Source: an uncultured Haemophilus sp. (GTDB lineage: Bacteria; Pseudomonadota; Gammaproteobacteria; Enterobacterales; Pasteurellaceae). From it: DNA of 63,905 nt. Shown here one piece after another: positions 34,525 to 45,737 of the stretch (position 1 is the first letter of the stretch; every line of letters begins with the position of its first letter). A program made the position numbers and the translations under genes. The notes under the pieces are model-generated. The model was not told the DNA's origin. It made no database searches and saw only the letters and a program-made list of their open reading frames with translations. The DNA lies in contig NZ_CAJLNI010000001.1 of assembly GCF_905207935.1 (NCBI RefSeq), forward strand, positions 1 through 63,905, read 5' to 3'.

Positions 34525-37011
34525 ATGGAACTTAATCGTAGAGATTTTATGAAAGCCAATGCTGCGCTTGCAGCGGCAGCGGCTGCCGGTATGACCATCC
34601 CTGTTAAACAGGTTGATGCGGCAGAAGATATGGGCATCAAATGGGATAAAGCGCCATGTCGTTTCTGTGGTACAGGATGTAGCGTATTGGTAGGAACCAA
34701 AGATGGTCGAGTTGTCGCAACTCAAGGTGACCCAGATGCAGAAGTAAACCGCGGTTTAAACTGTATCAAAGGTTACTTCCTTTCTAAAATCATGTACGGT
34801 GCAGACCGTGTACAAACTCCGTTACTACGTATGAAAGATGGCAAATTCCATAAAGAAGGTGACTTTACACCGGTTTCTTGGGATCAAGCTTTCACTATCA
34901 TGGCGGAAAAAATCAAAGACATCTTGAAGAAAAAAGAACCAAATGCTGTAGGGATGTTCTCTTCCGGTCAAACGACTATTTATGAAGGCTATGCAAAAGT
35001 AAAACTTTGGAAAGCTGGTCTTCGTTCAAATACTATCGACCCGAATGCTCGTCACTGTATGGCATCAGCAGCGGTTGCGTTTATGCGTACCTTTGGTATG
35101 GACGAACCTATGGGCTGCTATAACGATATCGAAAAAACCGATGCGTTTGTGCTTTGGGGTTCAAACATGGCGGAAATGCACCCAATTTTATGGTCTCGTG
35201 TTTCTGACCGTCGCCTTTCTTCTGATAATGTGAAAGTTGTGGTTATGTCAACATTCGAACACCGTTCGTTTGAATTAGCTGATGTGCCTATCGTATTTAA
35301 TCCACATTCAGATCTTGCAATTCTTAACTACATTGCAAACTACATTATCCAAAATGATAAAGTGAACTGGGACTTCGTTAACAAACACACCAAATTCAAA
35401 CGTGGTGAAACCGATATCGGTTACGGTTTACGTCCAGAACACCCACTTGAAGTTGCAGCGAAAAATCGTAAAACTGCAGGTAAAATGTATGACTCTGATT
35501 TCGAAGAATTCAAGAAAATCGTTGCTCCTTATACATTAGATGAAGCACACCGTATTTCTGGTGTACCAAAAGATCAACTTGAAACCCTTGCGAAAATGTA
35601 CGCTGATCCAGAACAGAACTTAGTATCTTACTGGACAATGGGCTTTAACCAACACACTCGTGGTGTATGGGTTAACCATATGATCTATAACGTACACTTA
35701 TTAACCGGTAAAATTTCTAAACCAGGTTGTGGTCCGTTCTCATTAACTGGCCAACCTTCAGCTTGTGGTACAGCGCGTGAAGTTGGTACTTTCGTTCACC
35801 GTTTACCAGCGGACATGGTGGTAACCAATCCTAAACACGTTGAAATCACTGAGAAAAAATGGAAATTACCAAAAGGTACCATTCCAACTGTTCCTGGATA
35901 CCCAGCTGTACAGCAAAGCCGTGCATTAAAAGATGGTAAGTTAAACTTCTTATGGCAACTTTGTACCAATAACATGCAAGGTGGTCCGAATATTAACGAG
36001 GAAATTTTCCCTGGTTGGCGTAACCCTGAAAACTTCATTGTTGTTTCAGACCCTTACCCATCCGTTTCTGCGGTTGCAGCTGACTTAATTCTTCCAACTT
36101 GTATGTGGGTAGAAAAAGAAGGGGGTTATGGTAACGCAGAGCGTCGCACTCAGTTATGGCGTCAACAAGTGAAAGGTCCAGGTGAGTCTCGTTCTGACTT
36201 ATGGCAAATTGTTGAATTCTCTAAATACTTCAAAACTGATGAAGTATGGGGCGAAGAATTATTAGCTCAAATGCCAGAATACCGTGGTAAAACCTTATAC
36301 GAAGTGCTTTACGAAAATGGTGAAGTAAACAAATTTAAAGTACCAACCGATGTTCCAGGATACATCAATGATGAAGCTGATCACTTTGGTTATTACTTAC
36401 AAAAAGGTTTATTTGAAGAATACGCTGATTTCGGTCGTGGACATGGTCATGACTTAGCCCCATTCGACACTTATCACCAAGTACGTGGTTTACGTTGGCC
36501 AGTTGTTGACGGTAAAGAAACCTTATGGCGTTACCGTGAAGGCTTTGACCCATATGTCAAACCAGGTGAAGATATCGCATTCTATGGCTATCCAGATAAA
36601 AAAGCGATTATTCTAGGTGTACCTTATGAGGCTCCAGCTGAATCACCAGATGAAGAATATCCATTATGGTTATGTACTGGTCGTGTTCTTGAGCACTGGC
36701 ATACTGGTACTATGACACGTCGTGTACCTGAATTACACCGAGCATTCCCGAACAACTTAGTTTGGATGCACCCAGCGGATGCGAAAAAATATGGATTACG
36801 TCATGGGGATAAAGTGAAATTAATCACTCGTCGTGGTGAAATGATTACTTACTTAGATACTCGCGGTCGTAACAAATGTCCTCCGGGCTTAATTTATACC
36901 ACTTTCTTTGATGCGGGTCAGCTTGCTAACAAATTAACATTGGATGCAACCGATCCGATTTCAGGTGAAACCGACTATAAAAAATGTGCAGTTAAAGTGG
37001 TGAAAGCGTAG
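34525..37011 (+). CDS. napA: Periplasmic nitrate reductase catalytic subunit
   Basis: Tat motif [24 protein letters not shown]. Confidence 0.98.
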   Translation: MELNRRDFMKANAALAAAAAAGMTIPVKQVDAAEDMGIKWDKAPCRFCGTGCSVLVGTKDGRVVATQGDPDAEVNRGLNCIKGYFLSKIMYGADRVQTPLLRMKDGKFHKEGDFTPVSWDQAFTIMAEKIKDILKKKEPNAVGMFSSGQTTIYEGYAKVKLWKAGLRSNTIDPNARHCMASAAVAFMRTFGMDEPMGCYNDIEKTDAFVLWGSNMAEMHPILWSRVSDRRLSSDNVKVVVMSTFEHRSFELADVPIVFNPHSDLAILNYIANYIIQNDKVNWDFVNKHTKFKRGETDIGYGLRPEHPLEVAAKNRKTAGKMYDSDFEEFKKIVAPYTLDEAHRISGVPKDQLETLAKMYADPEQNLVSYWTMGFNQHTRGVWVNHMIYNVHLLTGKISKPGCGPFSLTGQPSACGTAREVGTFVHRLPADMVVTNPKHVEITEKKWKLPKGTIPTVPGYPAVQQSRALKDGKLNFLWQLCTNNMQGGPNINEEIFPGWRNPENFIVVSDPYPSVSAVAADLILPTCMWVEKEGGYGNAERRTQLWRQQVKGPGESRSDLWQIVEFSKYFKTDEVWGEELLAQMPEYRGKTLYEVLYENGEVNKFKVPTDVPGYINDEADHFGYYLQKGLFEEYADFGRGHGHDLAPFDTYHQVRGLRWPVVDGKETLWRYREGFDPYVKPGEDIAFYGYPDKKAIILGVPYEAPAESPDEEYPLWLCTGRVLEHWHTGTMTRRVPELHRAFPNNLVWMHPADAKKYGLRHGDKVKLITRRGEMITYLDTRGRNKCPPGLIYTTFFDAGQLANKLTLDATDPISGETDYKKCAVKVVKA

Positions 37012-37035
37012 GTTTTCCCTTTCGTTTCTAGTCTC

Positions 37036-37116
37036 TCCTCTCTTTAAACTAAAAGAGAGGAATTTAAAAACAAGAGCGGTCAAATTTTGCAACGTTTTTA
37101 CAAAACAAGACCGCTT
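37036..37116 (+). other. Intercistronic hairpins after napA
   Basis: TCCTCTCTTT-N6-AAAGAGAGGA plus a degenerate USS pair AGCGGTC...GACCGCT. Confidence 0.55.
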
Positions 37117-37132
37117 ATAAAAGGAAACGCAG

Positions 37133-38038
37133 ATGAAACTTGATCCTAACCGTCGTCAGTTTTTAAAAAACGTGACAAGAACGGCAGCCGGAGTATGTGG
37201 AGTTGGAGTTATTCTTGGCTTACAGCAACAACAAGCTAAAGCCAAAGAAGGGGTTGCCTTACGCCCACCTGGTGCTCTACCAGAGAAGGATTTCTTGGCA
37301 GCTTGTACCCGTTGCGGACAGTGTGTCCAAGCATGTCCATACGATATGTTGTATCTAGCTTCGCTCATTTCCCCAATGGAAGCAGGCACACCTTATTTTA
37401 TCGCACGGGATAAACCTTGCGAAATGTGTCCGGATATTCCTTGTATGAATGCTTGCCCAAGTGGCGCATTAAGTGAGGAACTTAAAGACATCAATGATGC
37501 GAGAATGGGGTTAGCCGTATTGCTAGACCATGAAACTTGTCTTAACTGGCAAGGTTTGCGGTGTGATGTTTGTTATCGCGTTTGCCCATTAGTGGATAAA
37601 GCGATTACGCTTGAACGTATCCACAATGATCGTACAGGGATTCATGCAAAACTTATTCCAACTGTTCACTCTGATGCTTGCACCGGATGCGGTAAATGCG
37701 AACAAGCTTGTGTATTAGAAGAAGCGGCAATTAAAGTCTTACCGATGGATATCGCCAAAGGACTACTTGGTCGCCACTATCGCTTAGGCTGGAAAGAAAA
37801 ACAAAATGCCGGAAAATCCTTAATTGAGGAGCAACATCCGGATGGCTTACGTCCAGCAATGGATGCTCGTATGCCGGAAGGCTTACATGAGCCGGTTTAT
37901 CAGCCAATGCAGGTTCAACCAAACCAAAAAGTGGCAACACCAAATCGTGCAACAATGGATTATGTACCAAGTCCAACTACGGTACCGGAAGCTGAACAGT
38001 TCCCGAATTTGGATTTAAACATTAAGGGGGTTAAATAA
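37133..38038 (+). CDS. napG: Ferredoxin-type protein NapG
   Basis: Tat motif NRRQFLK, LRPPGA, Fe-S Cys motifs. Confidence 0.95.
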   Translation: MKLDPNRRQFLKNVTRTAAGVCGVGVILGLQQQQAKAKEGVALRPPGALPEKDFLAACTRCGQCVQACPYDMLYLASLISPMEAGTPYFIARDKPCEMCPDIPCMNACPSGALSEELKDINDARMGLAVLLDHETCLNWQGLRCDVCYRVCPLVDKAITLERIHNDRTGIHAKLIPTVHSDACTGCGKCEQACVLEEAAIKVLPMDIAKGLLGRHYRLGWKEKQNAGKSLIEEQHPDGLRPAMDARMPEGLHEPVYQPMQVQPNQKVATPNRATMDYVPSPTTVPEAEQFPNLDLNIKGVK

Positions 38039-38928
38039 TGGCTGAAAAATATACCCCGAATAAGCCAAAAGATGCTGGCTTAGAAGCACGTCAAAAACTT
38101 GGTTGGTGGCATGCTTATCGCTTTTTAATTCTACGTCGAATCAGTCAATTAAGCATAATTTTGATGTTCTTAAGTGGACCAATTTGGCAGATTTGGATTT
38201 TAAAAGGCAACTACAGCTCAAGTATGCTTTTAGATACTGTGCCATTGACGGATCCATTGATGACCGCTGAAAGTTTAGCGACAGGTTACCTACCGGAAAT
38301 CACAACGATTATTGGCGCCTTGATTATTGTAATATTCTACGCAGTCGTGGCGAGCAAATCCTTTTGTAGTTGGGTTTGTCCAATGAATATGGTAACGGAT
38401 GCTGCAGCTTGGTTACGTAGAAAATTAGGTATTCGACAATCATTAAAAATTTCACGCCAACTTCGCTATGTGATTTTAGCGGTGATTTTGGTCGGTAGCG
38501 CAATAACTGGCACACTCTTATGGGAATGGATAAACCCTGTTGCTGCACTTGGACGTATCTTTGTCTTTGGAACAGGTGCAACTCTTTGGTTGGTAGCAGT
38601 TATCTTCCTATTTGACTTACTCGTTGCTGAACATGGCTGGTGTGGTCACCTTTGCCCAATTGGCGCAATCTATGGTGTCATTGGTGCTAAAAGCCTAATT
38701 AAAATTAATGTAATCGATCGCGATCGCTGTGACCGTTGCATGGATTGTTATAATGTTTGCCCTGAACCGCAAGTGTTGCGTATTCCATTGCATGGTGGCC
38801 CAGAAGATAGCCAAATTGTACTAGCGAAAGATTGCATTACCTGTGGACGTTGTATTGATGTCTGTGCTGAAAATGTATTTGCCTTTGGCTCTCGCTTTGA
38901 GAAACAAATAAAAATTAAAAATATTTAA
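38038..38928 (+). CDS. napH: Quinol dehydrogenase subunit NapH
   Basis: FCSWVCP, WCGHLCP, TM helices, two Fe-S motifs. Confidence 0.95.
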   Translation: MAEKYTPNKPKDAGLEARQKLGWWHAYRFLILRRISQLSIILMFLSGPIWQIWILKGNYSSSMLLDTVPLTDPLMTAESLATGYLPEITTIIGALIIVIFYAVVASKSFCSWVCPMNMVTDAAAWLRRKLGIRQSLKISRQLRYVILAVILVGSAITGTLLWEWINPVAALGRIFVFGTGATLWLVAVIFLFDLLVAEHGWCGHLCPIGAIYGVIGAKSLIKINVIDRDRCDRCMDCYNVCPEPQVLRIPLHGGPEDSQIVLAKDCITCGRCIDVCAENVFAFGSRFEKQIKIKNI

Positions 38929-38941
38929 TGGAGTGGATTTC

Positions 38942-39370
38942 ATGAAAAAATCATTTATTTTCATGCTGGCTTTATGTAGTGGATTGGCATTCGCCGATGC
39001 ACCGCAAGTTGCAAACAGCATTGATAAAACAGTAGAAAGTGTTGCACCCGCATTTACGAATCCCTATAAAGATGCTGGCAATATCCCGGTGACCTTCCCT
39101 TATCAACCACCACTTGTTCCACACAGTATTCGTGGTTTACAAGTGACGAAAAATACTAACCAATGTTTAGGTTGCCACTCTCCGGATGTGGCACCGACAA
39201 CTGGTGCAACACGTGTACCTGAAAGCCATTTTTTAGATCGTGATGGCAAAAAAGTCGATAGCACCTCACCACGTCGTTATTTCTGCTTCCAATGCCATGT
39301 TCAACAAACTGACGTGAACCCAATTATTCAAAATAAATTTGAAACCATTCGTCAAATGCAAGGTAAATAA
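38942..39370 (+). CDS. napB: Diheme cytochrome c NapB
   Basis: Signal peptide, PPLVPH, CLGCH, CFQCH. Confidence 0.95.
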   Translation: MKKSFIFMLALCSGLAFADAPQVANSIDKTVESVAPAFTNPYKDAGNIPVTFPYQPPLVPHSIRGLQVTKNTNQCLGCHSPDVAPTTGATRVPESHFLDRDGKKVDSTSPRRYFCFQCHVQQTDVNPIIQNKFETIRQMQGK

Positions 39371-39381
39371 GGAGCAAAACC

Positions 39382-40020
39382 ATGATTAAATCAAGCATTC
39401 AGAAAGTTTGCCGTTGGTTACGCTCTCCGAGCAAAATGGCAATTGGTGGGGTTATTTTATTAACTATCATTGGTACTATCGTTGGAACTAACCTGTTTAA
39501 TGCAGGAATGGCAACAACCAATACAGAGCAATTCTGCTCAGACTGTCATACTAATGACGTTGTACCTGAGTACCAAGCGTCAATCCACTTTAGTAACCGT
39601 TCAGGTGTGAAAGCAATTTGTTCAGACTGTCACGTTCCGCATGAATTTGTACCTAAAATGATCCGAAAAATGCAGGCATCGACTGAAGTTTATGCTCACT
39701 TTACAGGTAAAGTCGATACTAAAGAAAAATTCGAAAAACATCGTTTAGAAATGGCAGAACGCGAATGGGCACGTATGAAAGCGAATAACTCACAAGAGTG
39801 CCGTAACTGCCATAACTTCAATGATATGGACTTTACTCAACAAAAAACTGTGGCACAACAAATGCACGCCCTTGCGCAGGAACAAAACAAAACCTGTATC
39901 GACTGCCACAAAGGTATTGCACATAACCTTCCACACATGGAAAAAGTACAACAAAGCTTTATTCCAGAGGATATGTTAAAAGCAAATGAAAAACCTGCTG
40001 ATAACAAAGAAGCAAAATAA
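39382..40020 (+). CDS. napC: Tetraheme cytochrome c NapC
   Basis: TM anchor and four CxxCH motifs. Confidence 0.95.
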   Translation: MIKSSIQKVCRWLRSPSKMAIGGVILLTIIGTIVGTNLFNAGMATTNTEQFCSDCHTNDVVPEYQASIHFSNRSGVKAICSDCHVPHEFVPKMIRKMQASTEVYAHFTGKVDTKEKFEKHRLEMAEREWARMKANNSQECRNCHNFNDMDFTQQKTVAQQMHALAQEQNKTCIDCHKGIAHNLPHMEKVQQSFIPEDMLKANEKPADNKEAK

Positions 40021-40037
40021 TCTTACAGCTAAATAAT

Positions 40038-40070
40038 AAATCGGCACTCATTTTGAGTGCCGATTTTGTT
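40038..40070. terminator. Bidirectional terminator between napC and gss
   Basis: AAATCGGCACTCA-TTT-TGAGTGCCGATTT. Confidence 0.85.
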
Positions 40071-40071
40071 T

Positions 40072-41961
40072 TTATTTTTTAAGGAAATCTTTATCAGATA
40101 ATACCCTCAATGGTTGCATATCGCTATTTCCCATAATGACCAAACTCGGGTCTGAGCGTAAACAGATACCACCATAATGCCCACCTACAGTAAAAGTACA
40201 GACCTGAACATATTGGTCTTCCACTTTTGGTAAACACCAAAGCTGTTGATAAATACTCTCCTGCTTATCAAAACGACCGTCTGTGCTATCGAGTACAGAT
40301 TTACACTCACCTATCAATTTCACATTATCACCTCGACGACCTGCAATTGGTTTTTGTGCATAACCATTCTTAATCAGTTCAGGTGTCAATTCAAATCCTG
40401 CTTCGAGTAGATAACGATGATTTGGGAATAATGACCACAACACTGGTAAAATCGCTTTATTACTTGGAATCGCTGTCCAAAGTGGTTCATAAACTAGAAC
40501 TTCCGGACGAAGTAACACATCAATCAACCGCACTTTATCTTCCGGATAGCCTGTACGAATCGGTGGAGCAACTTCCATACCTGTCGCATCTTCACGAAGT
40601 TGCTCTAACATGGTTTCCCAAGCCCATGTTTTCCATACCGTTTTTATCTTGTTGTCTTCATCATCAATTAAACGACCACGACTATCCCAATGTAATCCCT
40701 CTGTGCCATGAATAATTTTGGCTTGAAATCCTGCTTGAACCAGTGCGTTACGCATAAACAATGCGTGGTAATCTTCTTCATTATCATGATCTTGCATAAT
40801 ATGAACAAGCGACGTAGCTTCACTGTGTTTCCAGCAATCTGCTAGCGCATTACGTAAACCATCAGCAGGATTTTCACCCATATTCAATCCGCCTTGGATT
40901 GCCCATCGATTCATAAGCTCACCGGCTTCCGCATGACAAGAGGCTGAATCTGTGTTGTATTCATACACTTTCAATCCTCGATTATCCATGCAGAAATCTA
41001 AACGCCCCGTAATGGTTTGATAACGACGATTTTGCCAAGACAACCGTAAGCGAGGCCATAATAATTTTGGAATATTGAAATATTCTAATAGCTTATCGTC
41101 TTTTAAAACTTTATCTGTGGCATGCAAATACATTAAATGTAATTCATTGGTTGCACGAATCAACTCATGTTGTGCTGTTTCAGATATCGTAAAATAGCGA
41201 TATTGATCCGAATGGCTGACTTTATGCCCTCCCATAGCCTTCACATAGGCAGCTTCAAATTCATTTTGCTCATTCAGCCATTTATGCTCAAACTGACCGT
41301 TGTTTTCAATATGTTCTGCATGAATTTCAAGTGTCTCTTTTTCTGGCGTTGGCTGCGGCAGACTGTATTCGGTGTCTTCCGTTTGGATCATCCAACCTAA
41401 AATTTCGGTGTCATCAAAGGTATCATGCAAAAAATAGCCTGTTTCAGAAACTGTCATCGGTAATTCACGCGTCCATTGCTGCCCGCTAGGTAAGCGAGAG
41501 TGAATCACGTTTTGCTCAGCAATACGGATTTTATCTTCTAATACCTCGGTAATGATCGCCACATGCCCTGTATGTTTAAATTCACCGCCCTCCTGCCAAA
41601 TTAGCAATGCACCTGCTTCAGGCTTACGTTTGCAACCATTTGCAAAGGCTTGTAAAGGTAATAAGGCATCATTCACCACTTGACGTAAAAATCGTAAAGA
41701 AAAGATCTCGTAAGCCATTCCTACATCAGTAAACACCATGCCATGGTTGAGATAGAGATAGCGACGTGCAAACTCCACACACTGCCATTTATATCCCATA
41801 TACTCTCGCCCTAAATAACTGCGAAAGGCAGCATCATCCGGATACTCTTTCTCATCGGCTGTATGATAATCGGATGAATAAATCGCAATGCCGCCCGGTG
41901 CATAGCCTAATAAGCTCCCGAAAGGATCGTGTGTACTGATGTTTGCTGAACGTTCAGGCAT
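40072..41961 (-). CDS. gss: Bifunctional glutathionylspermidine amidase/synthetase
   Basis: CHAP amidase motifs (KWQCVEFARR, GHVAI, AEQN) plus ATP-grasp synthetase motifs (GRLDF, YEYNxDSAS, WKTWAWE, EPLWT). Confidence 0.93.
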   Translation of the reverse strand: MPERSANISTHDPFGSLLGYAPGGIAIYSSDYHTADEKEYPDDAAFRSYLGREYMGYKWQCVEFARRYLYLNHGMVFTDVGMAYEIFSLRFLRQVVNDALLPLQAFANGCKRKPEAGALLIWQEGGEFKHTGHVAIITEVLEDKIRIAEQNVIHSRLPSGQQWTRELPMTVSETGYFLHDTFDDTEILGWMIQTEDTEYSLPQPTPEKETLEIHAEHIENNGQFEHKWLNEQNEFEAAYVKAMGGHKVSHSDQYRYFTISETAQHELIRATNELHLMYLHATDKVLKDDKLLEYFNIPKLLWPRLRLSWQNRRYQTITGRLDFCMDNRGLKVYEYNTDSASCHAEAGELMNRWAIQGGLNMGENPADGLRNALADCWKHSEATSLVHIMQDHDNEEDYHALFMRNALVQAGFQAKIIHGTEGLHWDSRGRLIDDEDNKIKTVWKTWAWETMLEQLREDATGMEVAPPIRTGYPEDKVRLIDVLLRPEVLVYEPLWTAIPSNKAILPVLWSLFPNHRYLLEAGFELTPELIKNGYAQKPIAGRRGDNVKLIGECKSVLDSTDGRFDKQESIYQQLWCLPKVEDQYVQVCTFTVGGHYGGICLRSDPSLVIMGNSDMQPLRVLSDKDFLKK

Positions 41962-42073
41962 AAAAACTCCCTGTTAAATAACAACTAGAAATAGTATAGA
42001 TCTTTTGTCTGATTCCCCCCAAAGGCTTTTAAAAGAAATATCGAAATTTTAATCTCACACAATTTTGAAAAAG

Positions 42074-42098
42074 AAAAAGGGCTGACAGATGTCAGCCC
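42074..42098 (-). terminator. Terminator after yfiF
   Basis: GGGCTGACA/TGTCAGCCC stem with a U-run on the minus strand. Confidence 0.7.
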
Positions 42099-42130
42099 CA
42101 AAACAAACCTAAAAATAACCGCACTTAAGG

Positions 42131-43204
42131 TTATTTCACATACCAATGTGCTAATAAAATCCCTGTATTTACTGCAATATTTAATCCTGCTTTTAATGGA
42201 TTGCTTAAAGAAAGACGCACATTTACATCTTGTTTCTCACGAATATCGTCCGTACTACCTTCACTCAATACCAACGCGACTTTCTCTGCAAATTGGAGTT
42301 GTTCCAACGCAACGCCTTGTTTATTGGTTGATACATGAATAATCTGATAACCAGCCTTACGTAAAGCCTCTAAAGCGATTTCAGTACTTTCTGTTTCTAA
42401 AATACGAATATGCTCCATCCCGCCTTCAGCTACACGCATCGCAGCCGGTGCATAAAGCTGTTCAACTTGATTTGTTACCACATTTTTAATGCCATAGAAG
42501 GCACAAGTACGCACAACGCCACCTAAGTTTTGTGCATTATTGACTTGATCAAGCACGACTAAGCAGTCTTCTTGACGCGGTACATCTAAATAACCTTGCA
42601 AAGAAAAAGTACGTTGTTTTTTCACTAACATACAAATGCCGCCATGATGCTCCGTGCCGCTTACTAAGTTTAGCTCATCGCTATCCACCACGTGATACAC
42701 TTTTTTATTTGCGGCTAAATAACTGAAAATCTCGCCAATTCGATGCGCCATTTGCACCGTTGCCCATACGCGAACGATGCTCTCTGGACGTTCTGCAAAC
42801 AATTCTAAGCAGGCATTTTCACCATACACTTTCATTTCTTCAGCGCGGTTCTTTTTAATTTTCTCTGGTGCTCGCGGCGATAATGCGCCTGTTTTCTTTT
42901 CTTTCGCTTTATAACTCACGCCAGTGCTTTTTACTGTTACTTTTACCGAGCCACTTTCACCATTGGCTTTATTTAATGAAAGTTCAGCAATTTTCGGTTC
43001 TCTCACTTCTTGCTGTTGGAAACCACGAGAAGGTTTACGATCATCCCGTTTTTTATCAAAGTGCGGTCGATTTCCCTCACGTTTTTCATTATTACGACGA
43101 TCATCAAAGCGACGTTCTTTATCATTAAATGCACGTTTTGGGCTACGCTCTTGAAAAGATTTGGTGGAATTTGTTTGGAATGATGGTTTGCGTGAATTGC
43201 TCAT
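42131..43204 (-). CDS. yfiF: SpoU/TrmH-family tRNA/rRNA methyltransferase
   Basis: NLGGVVRTCAFYG, RVAEGG, LNIAV; basic N-terminal extension. Confidence 0.85.
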   Translation of the reverse strand: MSNSRKPSFQTNSTKSFQERSPKRAFNDKERRFDDRRNNEKREGNRPHFDKKRDDRKPSRGFQQQEVREPKIAELSLNKANGESGSVKVTVKSTGVSYKAKEKKTGALSPRAPEKIKKNRAEEMKVYGENACLELFAERPESIVRVWATVQMAHRIGEIFSYLAANKKVYHVVDSDELNLVSGTEHHGGICMLVKKQRTFSLQGYLDVPRQEDCLVVLDQVNNAQNLGGVVRTCAFYGIKNVVTNQVEQLYAPAAMRVAEGGMEHIRILETESTEIALEALRKAGYQIIHVSTNKQGVALEQLQFAEKVALVLSEGSTDDIREKQDVNVRLSLSNPLKAGLNIAVNTGILLAHWYVK

Positions 43205-43353
43205 AATTTGCTTCTCGAAGGAAAAATTGGATAATAATTCGCCAAAAAATGCGAAAATTTGTGAGCATTATAACGAAAAAAAACCTTTTTTCTATCAATC
43301 CTCAAAGGAAATATTGTAAACTAGAGCATTAATTTTTAGTGTAGAGATAGATT

Positions 43354-44721
43354 ATGTTAATCAATAAAGCTAAACGAGCAGAACAAAATTTAAAAAATTT
43401 ACCTTTTCTTCCTTTACAGGCAGAGCAGGTTGAGTTTCTGTTTAGTCCGCTTGAATTCAAAGCACAAATTATAGAATTAATTCGCCAAGCTAAAAAACGT
43501 ATTTACGTGACCGCGCTTTATTGGCAAAAAGATGAAGCTGGACAAGAAATTCTCAATGAGATTTATCGCGTAAAACAAGATCATCCTGAATTGGATGTGA
43601 AAATTTTAGTAGATTGGCATCGCGGACAACGCAATTTACTCGGTGCAGAAAAATCTGCCACTAACGCTGATTGGTATTGTGAACAACGCCAAACCTATCA
43701 ACTTCCCGATGAACCGAATATGTTCTTCGGCGTGCCTATTAATACCCGTGAAGTCTTCGGTGTATTACATATTAAAGGCTTTGTGTTTGACGATACCGTG
43801 CTTTATAGCGGCGCAAGTATCAATAATGTGTATTTACAACAACAAGATAAATACCGCTACGACCGCTATCAAAAAATCCATAATGCTGCACTGGCAGACT
43901 CTATGGTTAATTTCATCAATGATTATTTATTGGATTTCAGTGCGGTACATCCATTAGATGTGGCTAATCGCCCTCGCACCAAAGAAATTCGTAGTGCAAT
44001 AAAAGCTTATCGTAAAAACTTATCTGCCCATGCGGAATATCAGTTGGAAAGTGCGGTTGGTTTTTCAGATGTTTTAACCATTTCACCGCTTTTTGGTTTA
44101 GGTGCATCGGGCAATGAATTAAATCAAGTTATCGAAGATTTATTCTTACAAGTGCAGGAAAAACTGGTGATTTGTACGCCTTATTTCAACTTCCCTCGCA
44201 CGCTAAGAAGTAAACTTGCCCGCTTATTAGAACAAGGAAAACGTGTCGAAATTATCGTGGGTGATAAAGTCGCGAACGATTTCTATATTCCACCAGAGCA
44301 GCCATTTAAAATGGCAGGCGCATTGCCTTATTTATATGAAAGCAATCTTCGTCGTTTCTGCGAGAAATTTGATGCTTACATTAAAAATGGCCATTTAACG
44401 GTGCGTTTATGGAAAGATGGCGATAACACCTATCACCTCAAAGGTATTTGGGTGGATAATCAGTATATTCTTTTAACAGGGAACAACCTGAATCCTCGTG
44501 CATGGCGTTTAGATGCGGAAAATGGATTATTAATCCACGATCCAAAACAAGAACTTCTGTCACAAGCGGAAAAAGAATTATCGCATATCCGCCAACATAC
44601 CAAAGTATTGCAAGATTATTCTGAATTAGAAGAATTGACGCAATATCCTGAACCGGTGCAAAAACTGTTGAAGAAGTTTGCTCGGATTAAAGCAGACAAA
44701 TTGGTCAAAATGATTTTATAA
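43354..44721 (+). CDS. pssA: CDP-diacylglycerol--serine O-phosphatidyltransferase
   Basis: Two HKD-like motifs (HIKGFVFD, HLKGIWVD), NLNPRAWRLD. Confidence 0.95.
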   Translation: MLINKAKRAEQNLKNLPFLPLQAEQVEFLFSPLEFKAQIIELIRQAKKRIYVTALYWQKDEAGQEILNEIYRVKQDHPELDVKILVDWHRGQRNLLGAEKSATNADWYCEQRQTYQLPDEPNMFFGVPINTREVFGVLHIKGFVFDDTVLYSGASINNVYLQQQDKYRYDRYQKIHNAALADSMVNFINDYLLDFSAVHPLDVANRPRTKEIRSAIKAYRKNLSAHAEYQLESAVGFSDVLTISPLFGLGASGNELNQVIEDLFLQVQEKLVICTPYFNFPRTLRSKLARLLEQGKRVEIIVGDKVANDFYIPPEQPFKMAGALPYLYESNLRRFCEKFDAYIKNGHLTVRLWKDGDNTYHLKGIWVDNQYILLTGNNLNPRAWRLDAENGLLIHDPKQELLSQAEKELSHIRQHTKVLQDYSELEELTQYPEPVQKLLKKFARIKADKLVKMIL

Positions 44722-44728
44722 ATACTAA

Positions 44729-44754
44729 AAGAAGCCGGCAAATGTCGGCTTCTT
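44729..44754 (+). terminator. Hairpin after pssA
   Basis: AAGAAGCCGGCA-AA-TGTCGGCTTCTT. Confidence 0.6.
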
Positions 44755-44786
44755 GCTTTCATCTTGCGCAAAAACATCGACTAACA

Positions 44787-44814
44787 TTGCACAAGTGAAA
44801 TAAGTTGTTATAAT
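44787..44814 (+). promoter_or_regulatory. Sigma70 promoter for psd
   Basis: TTGCAC-N16-TATAAT with an extended -10 TGn. Confidence 0.55.
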
Positions 44815-44846
44815 CGCCCAACTTTTTAATCTTATCGGAGAAATCA

Positions 44847-45716
44847 ATGAACCCAATTTCTTATTGGCAACGCCTAAAAGTTGCATTTCAATATGTGATG
44901 CCACAAATCTATATGACACAAGCAGCAGGTTGGTTAGCTAAACAAAAATGGGGCGCAGTGACACATTTTGTGATTAAAGCGTTTGCAAAAAAATACAACA
45001 TTGATATGAGCATTGCTGAAAAAGAAAAATTCAGTGATTATGCCAGTTTTAATGAATTCTTTATCCGTCCATTAAAGGAAAATGCACGACCAATTAACCA
45101 AAATCCAACCGCACTTTGTTGCCCTGCGGATGGTCGTGTAAGTGAATGTGGACATATTGACGATGATCGTCTATTACAAGCGAAAGGTCACTTTTTCAGC
45201 TTGAATGATTTATTAGCGGAAGATAAAGATTTAACTGAGACCTTTAAAAATGGGGAATTCATCACCACTTATTTATCACCACGTGATTATCACCGTGTAC
45301 ATATGCCATGTGATGGTACACTTCGCAAAATGATTTACGTGCCGGGTGATTTATTCTCCGTCAATCCGTTTTTAGCGAAACATGTGCCGAACCTCTTTGC
45401 ACGTAATGAGCGTGTGATTTGTGTCTTTGATACTGAATTCGGCACCATGGTACAAATCTTAGTGGGCGCAACAATCACTGCGAGTATCGGCACTGTTTGG
45501 GCTGGCGTTATTAATCCGCCACGACATAACGAAGTGAAAGTATGGACTTATGAAGGTGAAAGTGCGGTTAAATTAAGTAAAGGTCAAGAAATGGGTTGGT
45601 TCCAACTTGGTTCTACCGTAATTAATTTATTCCAAGCCGGCCAAGTACAAATTGCCGATCATTTAAGTGTTGATGAACCTGTTCGCATGGGTGAAATCTT
45701 GGCATTGAAAAAATAG
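44847..45716 (+). CDS. psd: Phosphatidylserine decarboxylase proenzyme
   Basis: PADG, YLSPRDYHRVH, LGST cleavage motif. Confidence 0.96.
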   Translation: MNPISYWQRLKVAFQYVMPQIYMTQAAGWLAKQKWGAVTHFVIKAFAKKYNIDMSIAEKEKFSDYASFNEFFIRPLKENARPINQNPTALCCPADGRVSECGHIDDDRLLQAKGHFFSLNDLLAEDKDLTETFKNGEFITTYLSPRDYHRVHMPCDGTLRKMIYVPGDLFSVNPFLAKHVPNLFARNERVICVFDTEFGTMVQILVGATITASIGTVWAGVINPPRHNEVKVWTYEGESAVKLSKGQEMGWFQLGSTVINLFQAGQVQIADHLSVDEPVRMGEILALKK

Positions 45717-45737
45717 TTTTACAACAAAGGAAAAAAC

